Shown here: one piece after another, positions 45,430-55,407 of the stretch
How the letters are laid out: every line of letters begins with the position of its first letter
Position numbering within the stretch: the stretch's first letter is position 1
Virus record (IMG/VR): IMGVR_UViG_3300027996_000041
Coordinates: 1-55,788 of that record
Strand: one strand, 5' to 3'
DNA: 55,788 nt
Origin: a virus
Taxonomy: Duplodnaviria > Caudoviricetes
The notes under the pieces: model-generated
What the model was told of the DNA's origin: nothing
What the model saw: only the letters and a program-made list of their open reading frames with translations
Databases searched by the model: none
Translations under genes and position numbers: made by a program

Positions 45430-46148
45430 TATAATATGACTCTTTCAGTTAAAGTAATTGTGTTAGTAGTGTTTGCCCCAACGAATGGTATTGTCGCTAT
45501 ACTATAATTACCGTTATTAATGTTTGGGTTTATTAGCATTGTTGGGCTTGTCCACCAATCAGGATTTTGACTATACTCTGTTATAGTGATTGGCGCGGTA
45601 TAAGTTAGTGGTAGATTATAAAAATCATATACTTTGCCGTTTAAAGCATTAAAAAATCTGCCGACTATGTATAGGTTTTTATTTTCATTAGTTGTATTAA
45701 ATAGTTCACTATTTCTAAACCAATAAACCCTTTTTAGTTTAAGCTTAGGTACTATCGTACCTGTAACGTCCAACTCTTCAAATAAAACTAAATTTCTATT
45801 TTCAGACTCATTTTTATCATAAAAATAAAGCCTAAAAAAACTTTTAGTGAAAGAATTTTTTGTTAACCCAGTTACGGTATTAAACCCCATAACAGAATAA
45901 TCTTCCTCATACATCTGAGTGTTTCTATTGTAAAACCTAAAGGATATATCAAAACCATTTACATCCGTAGTTTTATACGCTATTTGTTCCTCATCTTGGT
46001 ATGGGTTTATTGTTTTGTTAGTCTCATCCTCAACCAACCTATCTATTGATTCACCCAAACCTATCTGCGTAAAACTTAACCCCGATGGGATACCGATATT
46101 AACATCTTGACCTTTAACTTTATTTACACTATACCTTTCCATTAACAA
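45429..46148 (-). CDS. Putative virion structural protein
   Basis: 239 aa; SFTKSFFRLYFYD motif; coupled within the operon. Confidence 0.7.
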   Translation of the reverse strand: MLMERYSVNKVKGQDVNIGIPSGLSFTQIGLGESIDRLVEDETNKTINPYQDEEQIAYKTTDVNGFDISFRFYNRNTQMYEEDYSVMGFNTVTGLTKNSFTKSFFRLYFYDKNESENRNLVLFEELDVTGTIVPKLKLKRVYWFRNSELFNTTNENKNLYIVGRFFNALNGKVYDFYNLPLTYTAPITITEYSQNPDWWTSPTMLINPNINNGNYSIATIPFVGANTTNTITLTERVIL

Positions 46149-48004
46149 ACGTCTTGTATTTCACCAACTTTAAAATCCCCTTGGTTAACTATTTTATCTT
46201 CGTTAGGTATTTGTCTTCTTATATAGAAATTATAACCTCCGTAGAAGTAATGTTTTCCGTTAACAAATGGGTAATCAACACCTTTTCCGGTATCGGGTTC
46301 TATAAACCCTATATTTAATAAATCTTTCCACGCTATCTTACCATCGGGGTATTTTTCAGCATAATTAGGTATCCCAACGGTGGGCTCATTTATACTACTA
46401 GTTTCTATTATGCCAGAAAAATTCATTATTTGTAGTTTTTTAAATGGCTTTAAAAAATACGCGTTAGTATTAGGGCTACTCTTTATTCCAAATCTATGGA
46501 CTATCTTTGATATTACTTTTTCCTCTATTTCAAAACTATTATATTCTGAGTAATCACCTATATAATCAAATAGGTTATTTGGTTTCTCTATTGAGCCAAC
46601 TCCACCAGGAACAAAAATAGATATTGTCTCTAAACTGTTGGTTGGTAATATTGTTTTACTATTGAACTCCCATCCGGAAATAACGTCTGACCATGGATAA
46701 GTGTTTTGCCCAGACCTTTTAATAAACCCCAAATACATTTCTGTTAATGGTTTATTATTGTGGTCTAATAGTGGCCCAACATCTATATCTTCATTAAAAT
46801 GGTATAACCACGTATCGTTAGCAATACCTAAAGAATTAATTATTGTTTTAGGGTATATGCTTGTACTAAAAGCACATTTATATGTGTCGTATTTATTTGT
46901 TGTTAAAACTTTATATTTTCTAACATAATATTCTGATGGTGTACCATTTAACGACCTATATGTGGGTTTATTGGTTGTGTATGTTTGTGATTGACCTTTT
47001 GATGTTAGTGGGCTTGTTGTAAATAAGACATATTTTATTATAAATGTGTTATTGTTTACTATTTGTTCTACTTTGAAAATTCCATTTAAAATACCACTAC
47101 CCCTTAAATCTATATATGATGGTATAAATTCTTGTGGTGGAATATATGATGGTGAGTTAGACCCTAACGGAAATGACGCTGAAAATGGTATGAGTAGGTT
47201 GTGTGGGGTTTGGGTCTCTATTTTTAAGTATATCTCATCAATGTTAGTAAATGACCCATTAACCCCACCATTTTGGTCTGTAACTGTAACGGAATTTATT
47301 TCTACCTGACTTTCAAAATTAATATCCATTTGTGTTGTGTTAACAATTTTACGATAATTACTTGGTATAAGATAGTCATTAATAAATGGTGTATCTAAAA
47401 CAAATTCTGTATCAAAATTTTCACCGTCTATACCCAAACTCATAATCTTATATATTCCACGATATGGGTTTTGTGGTATCTCCCTATTATATAGATAAAT
47501 ATAGTCATCCACTTTTAGATTATGTTTTTGTACACATTTTACCCCTAACTTTTGTTCATCACCATTTGGTGATGCAAGTGTTAAACTTTTAATTTGTGGG
47601 CCCATGTTTGCTTCTGAATTTATATTTGAAGTTGCACCAAAATAACTAATAATATAATTGGGGTCTTTTTTGTGTGGGTATAGTATTTGTAGTAACCAAT
47701 TGTTAGGCGTTACTTGAGGTTCTCCATCAAATAAAGGGTCCCAATCCTCGTTTAGTGCACCCGTTACAGTCGCGGTTGAAGGTGATAACTCATTTGCTGT
47801 ATAAATATTTATTTTACCAGAAAATCTATAATCTCTAACAGCGATTCTCTCCCTATCAAAAACTTCTTGTTGGTTGACCACATTAACCAAATCATATTCT
47901 ATTAGTGGTTTTGTGGAATAATTTAATTCAAGACTTATAAAAGTGGCTGTTTCTAATGCTGTAACACTGGTTAACTCTTTTGGCACTTTTAATATCTGAC
48001 TCAT
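46142..48004 (-). CDS. Putative virion structural protein
   Basis: 620 aa, directly downstream of the baseplate wedge gene. Confidence 0.7.
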   Translation of the reverse strand: MSQILKVPKELTSVTALETATFISLELNYSTKPLIEYDLVNVVNQQEVFDRERIAVRDYRFSGKINIYTANELSPSTATVTGALNEDWDPLFDGEPQVTPNNWLLQILYPHKKDPNYIISYFGATSNINSEANMGPQIKSLTLASPNGDEQKLGVKCVQKHNLKVDDYIYLYNREIPQNPYRGIYKIMSLGIDGENFDTEFVLDTPFINDYLIPSNYRKIVNTTQMDINFESQVEINSVTVTDQNGGVNGSFTNIDEIYLKIETQTPHNLLIPFSASFPLGSNSPSYIPPQEFIPSYIDLRGSGILNGIFKVEQIVNNNTFIIKYVLFTTSPLTSKGQSQTYTTNKPTYRSLNGTPSEYYVRKYKVLTTNKYDTYKCAFSTSIYPKTIINSLGIANDTWLYHFNEDIDVGPLLDHNNKPLTEMYLGFIKRSGQNTYPWSDVISGWEFNSKTILPTNSLETISIFVPGGVGSIEKPNNLFDYIGDYSEYNSFEIEEKVISKIVHRFGIKSSPNTNAYFLKPFKKLQIMNFSGIIETSSINEPTVGIPNYAEKYPDGKIAWKDLLNIGFIEPDTGKGVDYPFVNGKHYFYGGYNFYIRRQIPNEDKIVNQGDFKVGEIQDVC

Positions 48005-48006
48005 AA

Positions 48007-49830
48007 CTATTCTTTAATTCTAACCTTTATGTCTGTCTGTGGGAATCTTATTTGGAACATGGAATCGTACTCTGCGAATAAAGCGAAATCTTCAGTTAAA
48101 TTTATTTGTAGTGTTGAGTTATCTAATATGTCTTGGACCGTAACATTAGATGAATATGGTGAACCCGTTTTATTATATATCTTGAAGTCTGTAACGTTTA
48201 AAACCCCAGCAACATTATTTATGTTTTCGACCAATTGTGATAGGTATATATTGTCACCCATATCCCAATCCTGTACCTTAAAATATTTTTGTACAGAATT
48301 TATTACCCCTACTACAACTTCACCCTTTGGGAAAGCTTTGTCTATAAAAATATCTATTTCAAACCCTAAATCAAAAATCTTACCATCCCTAGTTAAAACA
48401 TAGTCATTAATCATCCTATAATCGGCCAGCCATGAGGCTATATTTTCTTTTAATGTGTTTGAGGACGAGTTGGATAACTTTCCTTGGCTATCTAACCCTA
48501 ATATAGCTATATCTATTTTATTTTGTCTTTCAGATACATTATTTCTAAACGGTATCCCAAACGTACCTGGCATTTTGTCAATTAACACAACATAATCTTT
48601 TAGTGTTACAGCCCTATTTTGTGAAGAAAAATTATATCTAACCATTTTTTTTATTTGTTCGGTGCTTGGTGCATTTGCCCCACCGAAAGCTGGAACTGGG
48701 TTATTAACGGTTAGTGATTGTTCTACTCTTTGATTTATCTGACTACTCGGCCCATTAGCTTTCATGGTATAGGTGCCTTTTGCTGTCAATGTGTTAGCCC
48801 CAACATTTCCGTTTGCTCCACCACCTGTTCTATATCTAATATACATAGTAGTGCCAACTGTAGGTATTTCACCCATAGCTGTTGTGTTTATAAAATCACC
48901 TATCCTTAATGTGAAATTATTGTTAGCGTAAGTTTCTAATGATTCTTGGTCGGCATTACCCGAACCAAAAGTCATTTTACAAAACCCCTTATCGGTATAT
49001 TCTCTAATGAACCTTCTATTTGTGTTAACCCACTTACCTGGCGTGATTGTTGTATTATCTGTTTGTCTTGTTTTATCTTGTGTGAAAATTTTATCTTCCA
49101 TTAAGGAATCCATTTCGTACCAACTTATGTCTGGGTCTGAAAATTGGTTTAGCGTTGGGTTACCTTGTAGGTTAGTGCCTTCTAAAGATACCACCTGTTC
49201 TACAGATATAACATTGTTGTTAGGTAGTACCACCTCTAAAAATGGTATAGCGTCAGCTTCTGATATAATTTTTTTATAAACATTTGTAACCCCAGCAACA
49301 ACAAACTCTCTTTTAACTAACCGATACCCAACTAGTGTTCCATTATTATTTAAGTTTGGTAGTATTAGCCTGTTAGCGATACCACCAACACTTAGTGGTT
49401 CACTAAAGTCAATATCATCAAGTGTTTCAAAACTTTGCCCGCCACCCAAAACTTGTGCTCCATATTTTAATTTTGGTGCATATCTTATGTCAAATGTATC
49501 CCCAGCCGCGGGAACGTTTACAGAAAAATCTACTATAGATACTGAGGGTCTTTTTCCCGGTACATTTAAACCTAATGTTCTGGCTATATTTAGTATTGAT
49601 TTTCTTTCTTGTGCAAAATCTAATTGTGTTTCTTGGAACATTCTATCAGTGTTAAACGATAACATGTCCGATACTGCCGCATTTAACTCTATTAACATTG
49701 TACCAATAGAGGCGTCATTAAAGTCCTGGAATGTTTCTGGGTAATATTTTTTAACAAAATTAAACAATTCTGTTCTTACATCTGAGAAATTTCTAGCGAA
49801 GTAATTAATTTTTTTGTTTGTTGCTGCCAT
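48007..49830 (-). CDS. Baseplate wedge subunit (T4 gp6 / P2 gpJ-like)
   Basis: DFNDASIGTMLIEL.A..DMLSF, A..R.SI..IA..LG, YRTGGG..GNV, NP.PA.GG, QNRAVT..DY. Confidence 0.92.
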   Translation of the reverse strand: MAATNKKINYFARNFSDVRTELFNFVKKYYPETFQDFNDASIGTMLIELNAAVSDMLSFNTDRMFQETQLDFAQERKSILNIARTLGLNVPGKRPSVSIVDFSVNVPAAGDTFDIRYAPKLKYGAQVLGGGQSFETLDDIDFSEPLSVGGIANRLILPNLNNNGTLVGYRLVKREFVVAGVTNVYKKIISEADAIPFLEVVLPNNNVISVEQVVSLEGTNLQGNPTLNQFSDPDISWYEMDSLMEDKIFTQDKTRQTDNTTITPGKWVNTNRRFIREYTDKGFCKMTFGSGNADQESLETYANNNFTLRIGDFINTTAMGEIPTVGTTMYIRYRTGGGANGNVGANTLTAKGTYTMKANGPSSQINQRVEQSLTVNNPVPAFGGANAPSTEQIKKMVRYNFSSQNRAVTLKDYVVLIDKMPGTFGIPFRNNVSERQNKIDIAILGLDSQGKLSNSSSNTLKENIASWLADYRMINDYVLTRDGKIFDLGFEIDIFIDKAFPKGEVVVGVINSVQKYFKVQDWDMGDNIYLSQLVENINNVAGVLNVTDFKIYNKTGSPYSSNVTVQDILDNSTLQINLTEDFALFAEYDSMFQIRFPQTDIKVRIKE

Positions 49831-49831
49831 T

Positions 49832-50215
49832 TTATAATTCTATTTCTATAAAATCAGTACCAGCGAAAGCGGATGCGGTGACTTTATAGTCTAATCTGAC
49901 TATTGCCGCTTTTTCGTTCCTCTCTGACTTGGTTACTGTTATTTCTAATATTGTTAGGTTTGGTATAAACTCTTTTATTGCTACCTCTATTTCTGATTGT
50001 ATGGATTTATGAATTATACCATCGTTCTGTTCAAAAATATATTGCCTTAAATTAACGCCAAAAGATGGTAAATAAAGTCTTTGTCTTTTTTGTGTTAATA
50101 AAAGATGTAGTAAATCGGATTTAATTGCACGTTTACTTGTCTTTTCCATTTTTAAAAACTTACCTTTTGGGTCTTCCTCAAATGGGAATGATATATTTAA
50201 GTATTTTTCAGCCAT
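49832..50215 (-). CDS. Baseplate wedge subunit (T4 gp25 / GPW-like)
   Basis: IKSDLLHLLLTQKRQRLYLPSFGVNLRQYIFE; TATTTATT at 50227-50234 upstream. Confidence 0.9.
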   Translation of the reverse strand: MAEKYLNISFPFEEDPKGKFLKMEKTSKRAIKSDLLHLLLTQKRQRLYLPSFGVNLRQYIFEQNDGIIHKSIQSEIEVAIKEFIPNLTILEITVTKSERNEKAAIVRLDYKVTASAFAGTDFIEIEL

Positions 50216-50283
50216 TTCTTTTTATTAATAAATATTCAACTATATAATTTATACTAAAAATATAAAATGTAAATTTTTAGCAT

Positions 50284-50307
50284 AAAAAAAGCTTCCGTAG
50301 AAGCTTT
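50284..50307 (-). terminator. Intrinsic terminator after the ribonucleotide reductase gene
   Basis: AAAGCTTC-TACG-GAAGCTTT stem-loop followed by a T-run on the minus strand. Confidence 0.8.
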
Positions 50308-50327
50308 AATTATTATTTAACATTTTT

Positions 50328-52232
50328 TTATGTTTTTGTACCCTCTACTTTATCAATACTAGATAAGTCTATATCTATTTCACACGCTCCGCCTGCACAA
50401 GCAAGCTCACCACTTAAGTCGGTGTTGTCTTCTGTTTCCACAATTTTACTTAAGTCTATGTCCATCAATGAATTCATCATTTCTAGATATTTTTCTTTTT
50501 TAATATCTTCGAATGGTGCTTGAACGTATGACCCACCATCGTAAGGTAATACAGATAAACCATTATAAGATTTACGATTTTCCCACATCCATTCACCCGC
50601 TAAGTCCCAATCATCTTCTTTTAATGAAATTGTGGCTGAAACATTGTGTGTGTTAGAACCTTTTCTATGACCTGGATTTACCCATTCTTTTGAAACTTTC
50701 TTGATTCTTTCTAATAACTCAAAAGGTGATTCCGTTCTTAATATAGCTCCCTCTGGTGATTTTTGTGGTATTTCAATAACAGCAGTATCGTGTGGTCTAT
50801 AATATTCATCCTGAACTAATTCTGGGTGTGATTGGGATAGGTACTTGTACATAGACTCATTTTTTCCAACTCTAATTCTTCTAATGTAATAATCATTGTG
50901 CCAAGCATGTATTCCTGATGATGTCCCTAAAGTTAAAGATGTTGTTCCTGCTGGTTTAACTGTTGTACATCTAGCCGCTGAGTTTATGTTTATTAATTTA
51001 GCAACCCTATTATTTTCTCTTTTTACTAAGCTAGCCGCTTTACCCATATCATACCCTAAAACAGTACCACTACCAATACCTGTCATAGACACACCAATTA
51101 AAGCGTCTTTCTCTGTTGTTTCTCTCCATTCTTCTCTAAGATAATGAAAGTCTGTGTAACCAGCTTGTAAAGTACCAATAAATGCTGCCCCTTTAACTCT
51201 TTCGTTTAAGTCTTCTTGACTCTCAATGTCTGAAGCGTTTACCTCACATAAATTACAGAATTGGAATGGTCTTAGTGCGATTTCACAACATGGGTTTGTG
51301 CCCCAATCTTTATCGTTTGAGAAATAAATACCTGGTTCACCAGCTCCAGATAACTCAACGCGTTTCCACACATCCAAAAAGAATTCTTTCGTTACTTTGT
51401 GTCTCATTAAAACTGCTGAATTATTAGCTCTACCTCTTTGTGAGTTAAGTTCCCACCAATTACCGGCTTTACAAGAAATCATTTCATCATCATCGGCTGA
51501 AAATAAAGATATTAAAGCTGCTCTACGTATACCACCAGCCAATACAGCGTCAGCGATATAACAAACGATATCGTGTGTCTCTATTGTTGATAAGTTATTA
51601 CCATCTTCTTTTTGACTTAGTATCCCCTCTATTTTAAGTAAACATTCTTTAAGTGGTTGTGGTCCTGGTGCTTTACCCCCAGATGTTACTAACATAGCTC
51701 CCTTTGGTCTGATGTCAGAAAAATCAAACTCTATTGTAGAACTTCTTTTATCTCCAATATATGATTTCATTAATACCTTGATTGCGTCAGCCCAACCCTC
51801 TATCGAGTCACCAATCAAAAATCTTTTTTTCCTTTTTTCATATGGTTTATTGATTGGTGGTAAATGAGCTACGTGGTGTTTTTGTACTGAGTACCCAACA
51901 CCTGTTCCACCTAAAAGTAAAAACATTGTTTCACTAAAAGCTTCAACACTGTCTATAGGTAGATAAGCACAATTATAAACTCTATTTGGTGATATCTCAA
52001 TTGGTTTACCACCGAATTGCATTGACCTCATAGAGGGTAGTATTTTTTTATCGTAAACTAGTTGGTACACCGTGTTTATTTCATCTTTAAGTTTTGGGTA
52101 CCTCTTGATGTGCATGTTTTTATTACGGGTAACCAATTCATCCCAGCTCTCTCTTCTTTGTAGTTCTGGTAGGTACTTAGCGTACTTCATGTAGACAGTA
52201 ATGTCTGATAGAATCTTATTAGATAGTTCCAT
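50328..52232 (-). CDS. nrdJ: Class II (adenosylcobalamin-dependent) ribonucleotide reductase
   Basis: PSMRSMQF, NCAY, GTGVG, GGIRRAA, TNPCCEI (thiyl Cys), KPAGTTS, C-terminal ACAGGAC; no beta-subunit gene nearby. Confidence 0.9.
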   Translation of the reverse strand: MELSNKILSDITVYMKYAKYLPELQRRESWDELVTRNKNMHIKRYPKLKDEINTVYQLVYDKKILPSMRSMQFGGKPIEISPNRVYNCAYLPIDSVEAFSETMFLLLGGTGVGYSVQKHHVAHLPPINKPYEKRKKRFLIGDSIEGWADAIKVLMKSYIGDKRSSTIEFDFSDIRPKGAMLVTSGGKAPGPQPLKECLLKIEGILSQKEDGNNLSTIETHDIVCYIADAVLAGGIRRAALISLFSADDDEMISCKAGNWWELNSQRGRANNSAVLMRHKVTKEFFLDVWKRVELSGAGEPGIYFSNDKDWGTNPCCEIALRPFQFCNLCEVNASDIESQEDLNERVKGAAFIGTLQAGYTDFHYLREEWRETTEKDALIGVSMTGIGSGTVLGYDMGKAASLVKRENNRVAKLININSAARCTTVKPAGTTSLTLGTSSGIHAWHNDYYIRRIRVGKNESMYKYLSQSHPELVQDEYYRPHDTAVIEIPQKSPEGAILRTESPFELLERIKKVSKEWVNPGHRKGSNTHNVSATISLKEDDWDLAGEWMWENRKSYNGLSVLPYDGGSYVQAPFEDIKKEKYLEMMNSLMDIDLSKIVETEDNTDLSGELACAGGACEIDIDLSSIDKVEGTKT

Positions 52233-52260
52233 TTTTATTTATTTTTTTTTAAATTTGTTA

Positions 52261-53664
52261 TTAATTTTGTTCAGAACTACTTTGTTCTCTTCTTAATTTA
52301 GCTATTTTTAATCGTTCTTTAGTGTTTTCCTCTTTTCTAACTTCAACTTTCTTTTCGTAACCTAAAAAAGTATCTGAAGTATCTGTGTCAATATACACCG
52401 TACCATTATTAAATGTACAATCCTCAAAAACAACCCCATCCTTACCGAATCTTGATTTTAGGACTGCTATTGTCGCTCTATTACCTTCTTTTTGTGATAA
52501 TGTTCTAGCTACTGACATTATAAAGTGTCCAATCTGAGCCTTCTTTATAGAACCACCCATTTGGTCTCCCGTTACTACATCTGAAGATATGGAACTTCTA
52601 TTTCCTTGTACAGCTGTCCACCCAACCATATTGTATTCAGTTAACATAGATTCAAAACCTCTCATTACATTACCTTCACCCGACCATTCATCGTTATATA
52701 TTCTAGCTGATTCAACACAGTCAATATAATCTAACACAACCATGTCAGGTTTAAACCCAGTTGAGATTAGGTGTCTAATGTATGTCTTTATGTGGTTTAC
52801 TGTAACACCTTCAGATGAAAATTTCCTTAACACTAAATCATTTTCTTTATTGTTTGTTTTTTCTTTTATAACTTCAATAACTTTTTCTTTGTCATCAGAT
52901 AAAGAATTTAACTCAATACCACTCCAACACGCCGCGTGTTTTCTTTTTATTACATCTGGTCTATCTTCAAAAACAATCTGTAAAACATTATACCCAGCGT
53001 TGTAAGCCGTGTTTGCCATTTTAGTTAGTATTGTTGTTTTACCAACACCATATGGTGCTAATACAACACCTAACTCTCCTCTTGATAGTCCACCGTCAGT
53101 TAGATTGTCTATACCACTTATACCCGTAGGTATTGGGTGTCTGAAATCCTCTTCTAGAACTGTGTCCCAACCTTCACTTATAGATGTTCCATCATCTTTT
53201 TCAGCTCCAACAGATAAAGCTTCTTTCATGATATCAGCACACTCCTCATATCTACCAAACTCACCATTATCGATTATTTTAGATATCTTATCGTTTGCTT
53301 TTTTAAGTTCTTGTTGTCTACAAAAATTTAAAGATTCTTTTTGTACATATTCCCAATCACCTACCTCTATCTTTTTAATTTCTTTGGTTATTTCAAAGAC
53401 GTAATCTTGTGTTATTTTATCTTTTATTTCTACCTTTAAAATAGTCTCTAGTGTGTCCCAAGCTGGTACCTTTTCGAATGTTTCAAAATAGTCTTTTACT
53501 GTCGCTATAATAAGTCTGAAATATTCATTATCAAAATATTTTGCGTGTACAATATCTATAATTCTATCAGCAAAATTTCTATTAGCTGGATGTAGTATTT
53601 GGTTTATGAACTCTGTCTGAAATCTATACCCTAGATATCCTAGAGTTGTAACTTTTTTACTCAT
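52261..53664 (-). CDS. dnaB: Replicative DNA helicase (DnaB / T4 gp41-like)
   Basis: PTGI..D..TDGGL..GEL, APYGVGKT, LDYID, TAVQGNR, KSRFG; TATTTATT at 53687-53694. Confidence 0.93.
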   Translation of the reverse strand: MSKKVTTLGYLGYRFQTEFINQILHPANRNFADRIIDIVHAKYFDNEYFRLIIATVKDYFETFEKVPAWDTLETILKVEIKDKITQDYVFEITKEIKKIEVGDWEYVQKESLNFCRQQELKKANDKISKIIDNGEFGRYEECADIMKEALSVGAEKDDGTSISEGWDTVLEEDFRHPIPTGISGIDNLTDGGLSRGELGVVLAPYGVGKTTILTKMANTAYNAGYNVLQIVFEDRPDVIKRKHAACWSGIELNSLSDDKEKVIEVIKEKTNNKENDLVLRKFSSEGVTVNHIKTYIRHLISTGFKPDMVVLDYIDCVESARIYNDEWSGEGNVMRGFESMLTEYNMVGWTAVQGNRSSISSDVVTGDQMGGSIKKAQIGHFIMSVARTLSQKEGNRATIAVLKSRFGKDGVVFEDCTFNNGTVYIDTDTSDTFLGYEKKVEVRKEENTKERLKIAKLRREQSSSEQN

Positions 53665-53699
53665 ATAAATTAAGTTTTGATTTAATAATAAATAGATAT

Positions 53700-54137
53700 T
53701 TATAATACGATTCCGCTATATTCCACAGTAAAATTTTGTAAATAAAATGTTTCTTGTATTTCCTTAATTATAGAGGGGATTATCTTTCTTACATCCACCG
53801 AATATCTAACTCTTTGTGGATAAACATTACCCGTAAACCTTTTTTTGATTATAGTTCTTTCGTCCATTTTAATTTCAAAATCAAAAACATCCTCATTGTC
53901 ATATATATTTTCCACCATAATGTCTTCCTGTAATTGTTTTCTATATGGATTATAACTGTTGTACATATATTCGTATGTTTTATTTTTTAAATCTTTCTGT
54001 ATTAATCTAACACACTCTTCAGCACATTCAGTTAAATCAACAGACCTAAGTACCTTTGGGTTAAAATGTTTAACTGAGAAGTACCTTTGACAAATAATAT
54101 TGCCGTTTATGCTAAGTATAAATTCAAATTTTTTCAT
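53700..54137 (-). CDS. Hypothetical protein
   Basis: 145 aa, between the exonuclease and helicase genes. Confidence 0.75.
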   Translation of the reverse strand: MKKFEFILSINGNIICQRYFSVKHFNPKVLRSVDLTECAEECVRLIQKDLKNKTYEYMYNSYNPYRKQLQEDIMVENIYDNEDVFDFEIKMDERTIIKKRFTGNVYPQRVRYSVDVRKIIPSIIKEIQETFYLQNFTVEYSGIVL

Positions 54138-55162
54138 TTTTTTTGTTTTTTAAAGTTTATTTTTTCTTTTTTTGCTAGTTTGATAAATGGTTCCATGAAA
54201 TTTAAGTAACCATTTTCACCACCTGGTAGAACGTACATGACACCGTCTTCAATCATCATTTTTAAAACATTCTTAGTATCTCTGCCACTTGGGTCTATGG
54301 GTAAGTCTATTAAATATTTTACATTATCTGTAGCCTCTTCGGTTAATAAAGGGTTATTTAAGTCTATTATTTTTTTATTTATTTCATAAAGTGGTCCTCT
54401 ATGTCTACCTCTTGTTTTGCCTTCTATTATATTTGTTAACACCTTAAGTGGTGTTTCCCTTTCTTCTTGTATTTTTTTACTTGACTCAATAATCTCTTCT
54501 AATGTAACTTTCCTTTCTTTTAGTTGTGGAAAATGTTTTAATAATGTATTTTCTGTAACACCGTCAACACCCTTTATAAAGTCACTTTTACACCCTTCAA
54601 TAATTTTTATTAACCCAGCGTTTGTGTAATGGTGTTGGAAATACCAATGGTAGTTGCCTATACCTACTATCACTTTTTTGTCGGCTAAGAAAAGTGTCAC
54701 CTCTTCATTTATTAACTGACACATATCTCTGTCGTTAGTGTAAACCACAACGTCTTCATTGTTTTTTTTATTTAAACAATAGAACGCTATTAAATCGTCT
54801 GACTCAACGTCTGGGTGTTCGTACTGTCTAATAGATAAATCTTCAGCATATTCCTTAACCCTTAGTTTTTGTAATTCATATTCCTTATCGAAAAACCTAG
54901 GTCTATTTCCTTTGTATTCAGGGTAGTAGTCTAATCTAAGGGTTCCACCCCTTTCTCCATCCCAAGTGATAACTACTTTATCTATCTTATGTTCTATAAT
55001 GATTTTTCTTAGTGTACCATAAAAGGCGGATATACCACCTATATGTTTACCTTTATGGAAAACATGTTTAGCACCACTGTAAGAACGTTTCATTAAAACG
55101 TTCCCATCAACGATAAGGGTTTTTGTTTTTTTAGGTTTTCCTCTAGGTGTTCGTAGGCCCAT
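54134..55162 (-). CDS. 5'-3' exonuclease / flap endonuclease (T4 RNase H, PolI N-terminal-like)
   Basis: LIVDGN, WDG, YPEYKGNR, ESDDLIA, NDRDMCQL, G..SD.IKGV; start re-placed at ATG 55162. Confidence 0.9.
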   Translation of the reverse strand: MGLRTPRGKPKKTKTLIVDGNVLMKRSYSGAKHVFHKGKHIGGISAFYGTLRKIIIEHKIDKVVITWDGERGGTLRLDYYPEYKGNRPRFFDKEYELQKLRVKEYAEDLSIRQYEHPDVESDDLIAFYCLNKKNNEDVVVYTNDRDMCQLINEEVTLFLADKKVIVGIGNYHWYFQHHYTNAGLIKIIEGCKSDFIKGVDGVTENTLLKHFPQLKERKVTLEEIIESSKKIQEERETPLKVLTNIIEGKTRGRHRGPLYEINKKIIDLNNPLLTEEATDNVKYLIDLPIDPSGRDTKNVLKMMIEDGVMYVLPGGENGYLNFMEPFIKLAKKEKINFKKQKK

Positions 55163-55394
55163 GTTGGCTAAAATTAAAAGGTCCAACAATCTGTTCTCTT
55201 GCAATATCTTCTTCAGTGGGTTCCAAAACACCCATATCAAGTAATAAATTTATTGCTTCTTGGGGTATTACATCCCCTGATATATATTTTTCTATAGATG
55301 ATTGAATTATATAAAAAGATGCTAACTGGGTTCTTTCGTTATCAATTAACGCCTCTCTATTTAATTCTAATAATCTATTATAATTTACTTTCAT
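55143..55394 (-). CDS. Hypothetical protein
   Basis: 83-aa ORF filling the gap between RecA and the exonuclease. Confidence 0.65.
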   Translation of the reverse strand: MKVNYNRLLELNREALIDNERTQLASFYIIQSSIEKYISGDVIPQEAINLLLDMGVLEPTEEDIAREQIVGPFNFSQHGPTNT

Positions 55395-55407
55395 TACTTT
55401 TTTTATT

